30,775 nt of DNA from Candidatus Jordarchaeia archaeon (GTDB taxonomy: Archaea; Asgardarchaeota; Jordiarchaeia; Jordiarchaeales; Jordiarchaeaceae). This document shows, piece after piece, positions 27,054 through 30,775 of this stretch. Positions within the stretch are counted from its first letter, which is position 1; the number at the start of each line of letters is the position of its first letter. The notes beneath the pieces were generated by a model, which was given only the letters and a program-made list of their open reading frames with translations, ran no database searches and was not told where the DNA came from. Both the position numbers and the translations under genes were made by a program. Location of the stretch: contig JAHQXB010000122.1 of NCBI GenBank assembly GCA_029856435.1, forward strand, positions 1 through 30,775, given 5' to 3'.

Positions 27054-28445
27054 GTGCCTGAAACCATTCCAGTTCACATAGGGCTTCTGGGTCACATTGA
27101 CCACGGAAAAACTCAGGTGGCAAGGGCCCTAAGTGAAGTAGTTTCTACCGCAGGACTGGACAAACATCCCCAAGCGCAGGAGAGGGGAATCTCGATAGAC
27201 CTAGGTTTCACATCCTTCCGTCTGAACAGTTACCTAGTAACCTTGGTTGATGCTCCAGGCCACGCCGAGCTAATAAGAAGTGTAGTGGCTGGAGCAAATA
27301 TAATTGACGCCGCAATTCTGGTGGTGGCAGCTGATGAAGGCCCAAAAATTCAAACCGGTGAGCATATAGTTATTCTTGAAAGTTTCGGGATAAACAGGGT
27401 GCTTGTAGCTTTAAGCAAAATGGATTTAGTTTCCCCCGAAAAACTGGAAACAGTAAAGAAACAGGTTAGGAGCATTCTTAAGGGAACTGCCTTGGAGGGA
27501 ACGCCCATAATTCCTATTTCTGCAGTTACTGGCGCGGGATTGGAAGAACTCAAAAAAGCTCTTTTAAGCGTTTTATCGCCTCCAAAAAGGGAAAAGGGGG
27601 GCCCTTTTAAGATGCCCATAGACCACGCTTTTCGCATCAAAGGAGCGGGAACAGTGATAACGGGAACCATTCATCGGGGCAAAGTTTCTGTGGGTGACGA
27701 AATTGAGATTATGCCCATAAAACAAAACGCAAAAGTGAAGTCTATCCAAATCTTCAGAGAAGAAGTAGATGAGGCTCAAGCTGGAGACCGAGTGGGCATC
27801 AACATAACAGGCCCTGAACCCGAAAAGATTTATCGAGGATGCTACGCTGGAACACCCGGAACCCTAAAGGTAACCAACCAGCTAATTGGAAGAATAAAGA
27901 TGAACAAATTGTTCAAATATTCTCTCCACCCCGGTGTACAAGTACATCTCACCGTGGGAATGCCCACAGTCACCGCCACCATGATTCCCTTCAAAACATT
28001 TGATGAGAAAAAAATCCTCATAGAGAAGGTGGGAAACGAAGATACTTATGATGCCTTTTTCGGCCTCGGCGAAAGCGTGGTTGCGGAAGAGGGGACACCC
28101 CTGCTTGTTTCCCGCCTAGATTTGCCCCCAACAACCCTAAGAATCGCGGGCAGCGGAAAAGTGTCCCAACTTACCACTGGAATAACAGAATTCTTTATTG
28201 AAAAAATAAAAAAGGGCCGAGTGAAAGTCCCTGTTCACTCCAAGGGCAGCGTAGTCGTGGGTCTGGCAGAAACCAAATATGGAGCTGAAAAACTGTTAGA
28301 GGAGACTGCTACCACAGAAAAGGGAAATCGTGGAAAAGTAGTGGACACATTTGGTGGTAAAGGCGCTGTTATAATAAAATTCGAAAAACCAGTTTTGGAA
28401 AACGAAGAAGTTTTCATAAGAAAGTTTAAGCAACGTAAATTCTGA
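27054..28445 (+). CDS. selB: Selenocysteine-specific translation elongation factor, archaeal type
   Basis: GHIDHGKT, AGLDKHPQAQERGISIDLGF, VDAPGHAELIR, GPKIQTGEH, MPIDHAFRIKGAGTVITGT, AGDRVG. At 463 aa it lacks the long bacterial SECIS-binding extension. GGGAGG RBS. Confidence 0.93.
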   Translation: MPETIPVHIGLLGHIDHGKTQVARALSEVVSTAGLDKHPQAQERGISIDLGFTSFRLNSYLVTLVDAPGHAELIRSVVAGANIIDAAILVVAADEGPKIQTGEHIVILESFGINRVLVALSKMDLVSPEKLETVKKQVRSILKGTALEGTPIIPISAVTGAGLEELKKALLSVLSPPKREKGGPFKMPIDHAFRIKGAGTVITGTIHRGKVSVGDEIEIMPIKQNAKVKSIQIFREEVDEAQAGDRVGINITGPEPEKIYRGCYAGTPGTLKVTNQLIGRIKMNKLFKYSLHPGVQVHLTVGMPTVTATMIPFKTFDEKKILIEKVGNEDTYDAFFGLGESVVAEEGTPLLVSRLDLPPTTLRIAGSGKVSQLTTGITEFFIEKIKKGRVKVPVHSKGSVVVGLAETKYGAEKLLEETATTEKGNRGKVVDTFGGKGAVIIKFEKPVLENEEVFIRKFKQRKF

Positions 28446-28458
28446 GGGAGGCCTTAAT

Positions 28459-29778
28459 TTGAGGGAACTAATTGAAAAATATATGAAGGGACTTATCCCC
28501 CACAATATGCTGGATAGAGGCGCCATTATTTTGGAATCTCAACTGGATTCCCTACGCATACTATTTGAACAGAGAAACATACCTGAAGAAGGGTGGAGTG
28601 ACTCCCAAATAAGGCTCTTACTAACGATTCTATCCATGATGGACACGGATAAGGATCCCCAAGCAGCCAGGGTAGGAGAAAGAGAAGCTAGAGTAGCTTC
28701 GCCCCTTGTTTCCGAACTAGCAGCTAATTTCTGTCACGGAGTTGGACGCAGCGGCGAAATATACGCTCCCCAACCTAAAGCACCCGGAGCCTCAATAATG
28801 TATTCTCTAGCAAACATGCTGGCCTCTGACGCTATCCGAAGACTCGGAGCCCCAAACTTAAAATACGCCTTCCTGCTTCCCCTACCTACGGGAATGTCGA
28901 TTGGACTCGCAATATCCGCTATGAGACAAAAGAGAAGAGGAAAACATGTAGTTCACCCTCGCATTGACCACAGGTCGCCACTGAAAGCAATAGAGCTTAT
29001 AGGGCTGGAAACTAAAATCGTCGAGGGCGAAATTAAGGGCGATGCGGTAATCGTTCCCCCAGAGAGAGTGGAGGAGGCAATAAACGAGGAGACGCTGGCA
29101 ATTCTGTCCACAACCACCTTTTTCCCACCCCGTGAACCTGACGATGTTAAGGAAATAGCTAAAATCGCAAAGGAACACAACATCCCCCACATAATTAACA
29201 ATGCCTATGGGGTTCAGAGCAGAGAAATAATGAAAAGAATAAGGTCAGCGGTAGACGCTGGAAGAGTGGACGCCGTTGTTCAGAGTACCGACAAAAACTT
29301 CCTTACACCGGTAGGCGGGGCAATAGTTGCCACGCCTGAGAGAGAAACCATAGAACAAATCAATGAACAGTATGCAGGCAGGGCCACCGCGGCACCAGTA
29401 GCACAGTTCCTAGCTGCGATACTAGCTTTGGGGATCAAAAAATACGAAGACCTCAGAGACGAACAGGAAAAGAACAGAAAATATCTAGAGGAGAACCTCA
29501 AAAAAATCGCAGAAGAATATGGAGAGAGAGTTCTAAATGTATATAATCCCATAGCTTGCGCCATGTCACTCACCAATAGAGACCCCGCAAAAGTTGGAGG
29601 TGCACTGTATAACCTGCGAGTAACTGGACCCAGAGCATTAGGGCCTACAAGCTACGGGTCTTGCTGCAAAAAGTACCACACAGCCTACATCACAATGAAT
29701 GCAGCAATTGGAACAAGAAAAGAGGACATAGAAAAAGCACTACAAAAACTGGAAGAAACCCTAAAACAAATCAGATAA
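28459..29778 (+). CDS. spcS: O-phosphoseryl-tRNA(Sec) selenium transferase (SepSecS)
   Basis: IPEEGWSD, VGEREARV, FCHGVGRSGEIYAPQPKAPGAS, PTGMS, HIINNAYGVQ, PLP-lysine QSTDKNFLTPVGG, YAGRA, LYNLRVTGPR, NAAIG. It starts 13 nt after selB. Confidence 0.95.
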   Translation: MRELIEKYMKGLIPHNMLDRGAIILESQLDSLRILFEQRNIPEEGWSDSQIRLLLTILSMMDTDKDPQAARVGEREARVASPLVSELAANFCHGVGRSGEIYAPQPKAPGASIMYSLANMLASDAIRRLGAPNLKYAFLLPLPTGMSIGLAISAMRQKRRGKHVVHPRIDHRSPLKAIELIGLETKIVEGEIKGDAVIVPPERVEEAINEETLAILSTTTFFPPREPDDVKEIAKIAKEHNIPHIINNAYGVQSREIMKRIRSAVDAGRVDAVVQSTDKNFLTPVGGAIVATPERETIEQINEQYAGRATAAPVAQFLAAILALGIKKYEDLRDEQEKNRKYLEENLKKIAEEYGERVLNVYNPIACAMSLTNRDPAKVGGALYNLRVTGPRALGPTSYGSCCKKYHTAYITMNAAIGTRKEDIEKALQKLEETLKQIR

Positions 29779-29799
29779 TTTTCAAGATAGATAGGTATA

Positions 29800-29860
29800 T
29801 TGACACTCCCTGCGACTAAAAGTCGGGGGCCTTCTCGCCAACAGCTTTGTAGGAGCTACT
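29800..29860 (-). mobile_element. Orphan IS200/IS605-type end (palindrome-associated remnant)
   Basis: The minus strand reads GAAGGCCCCCGACTTTTAGTCGCAGGGAGTGTCAA, like the typical GAAGCCCCCGACTTTAGTCGGGGGAG..GTCAA end. Hairpin CGACT-AAA-AGTCG at 29813-29825. No tnpA/tnpB is adjacent. Confidence 0.6.
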
Positions 29861-29951
29861 CCGCTTCTCTCACTTTTGCAGGTTATAGTATTCGAAAGAG
29901 TTAAATTTTTTGTTATTCATTATTAATTACTGTTTCGTGACGGGAAAGGAT

Positions 29952-30611
29952 ATGTTGTCAGCTGATGTTGACGAGTTGGTTATGGGTTTAAGTGAAGCTT
30001 CACGTGTTGTTAAAGCGAAGGGTGAACATTTAGATCTTTTCAGGGTGGCGTATCACGCTGCTACTTCTCTAAAAACGTATTGTGTGGATTTTTCTGACAG
30101 AAGTGGCGATTCTCCTCATGGTTTTGAGGCTAGGCTTCTCTCCTTAGTGGAGGGGGAGAAGGTGGTGAAGCGGATAAAAGTGGCAGGCGGCCTTGAAGGA
30201 ATAGAGTTGAAGGTTTGGGGCTCCAGCAAAGAAAAGGCGGAGAAAGAGATAGGAGAATTGGCTCAAAAAGTTGAGGAAACCCTTTCTAGAATAGGAAAAA
30301 TGTCCAGTGAAAATGTTCAAAAGTTTCATAGTGCAGTAACAATCGAAAGGAAGTTGGACATGTCGCTAAATCGTCTTCTAACGGGAGCAACTAGACAACA
30401 AGTCTATTTTGACTTGGCCGACGCCAGAGAAAGAATAATTCTGTTATTGGGACACTTTGATTCCAGCATTATCCAGATGGAAAAAATGTTGGAGGACCTC
30501 ACAAAACTAGACAAAGACGCACCCATTAAAAAGGAAGTAGGCGAAAAAATGGCTTTAGAAATCCTTAAATGGAAAAGAAAAATCAGCGACTACATATCAC
30601 AACTAAAATAG
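29952..30611 (+). CDS. Hypothetical protein (alpha/beta N-terminal part, helical C-terminal part)
   Basis: ~219 aa; ATG 29952 has AAGGA upstream (the track start is TTG 29910). No motif recognised. Confidence 0.75.
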   Translation: MLSADVDELVMGLSEASRVVKAKGEHLDLFRVAYHAATSLKTYCVDFSDRSGDSPHGFEARLLSLVEGEKVVKRIKVAGGLEGIELKVWGSSKEKAEKEIGELAQKVEETLSRIGKMSSENVQKFHSAVTIERKLDMSLNRLLTGATRQQVYFDLADARERIILLLGHFDSSIIQMEKMLEDLTKLDKDAPIKKEVGEKMALEILKWKRKISDYISQLK

Positions 30612-30775
30612 AAGAGCATAAAAAGTTTTTAGTGCACCTTGGGATTTGGGGATTTTTTTGAGGATAATTCCCCTAGGGAAAAGAGGTCTCTGTTCCCATT
30701 GGAAATAAGCCCTATTAAGGCTCCTTTCTGGAAAAAGAAGGAACAATAAAGGAAAGAGAACCACAAAGGAAACCG

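Noticed and set aside
440-30329. Numerous 60-160 aa ORFs overlapping the called genes
   Set aside because: They are antisense or alternate-frame shadows of well-supported CDSs and have no motifs of their own.
10208-30724. A 14/15-nt match between 10208-10222 (reverse complement) and 30710-30724, plus a shared TTATTAGGG near 14742
   Set aside because: Matches this short are expected by chance in a 30 kb window, and the flanks do not extend.
1-30775. CRISPR array, rRNA, tRNA, integrase or prophage
   Set aside because: I saw no regularly spaced direct repeats, cloverleaf with T-arm, rRNA signature or viral hallmark gene.

Overview
This is an archaeal chromosomal window (GGAGG/GGTGA ribosome-binding sites, many TTG/GTG starts, thiDN fusion, archaeal-type SelB/PSTK/SepSecS). 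It holds about 24 intact CDSs. I found no rRNA, tRNA or CRISPR array. Main contents: (i) the probable 3' tail of an IS200/IS605 tnpB at the left edge; (ii) ADP-forming acyl-CoA ligase alpha subunit, threonine synthase and a MacB/LolCDE-type ABC pair; (iii) a methanofuran-biosynthesis cluster (mfnD, an unknown helical gene, mfnF, and a divergent HisA-like gene); (iv) a decayed UPF0175/DUF3368 toxin-antitoxin pair split by a ~420 bp insert; (v) HIT, SDR, nitronate-monooxygenase-like and iron-sulfur flavoprotein genes; (vi) two tandem paralogous membrane proteins of unknown family; (vii) an Fe-S XPD-family helicase whose C-terminal motifs look eukaryote-like; (viii) carbamate kinase, a ZIP transporter and thiDN; (ix) a selenocysteine-machinery locus (pstK, selB, SepSecS). 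In that locus pstK overlaps the first of two paralogous, uncharacterised nucleotidyltransferase+OB-fold genes, and a divergent KARI sits before selB. The pstK-coupled nucleotidyltransferase pair is the best candidate for an undescribed system. Sec machinery plus methanofuran genes plus the helicase type suggest an Asgard-like anaerobe, but that is inference. All family assignments come from motif recognition by eye, not database searches. Several start codons were moved from the ORF track to RBS-supported positions, as noted per feature.
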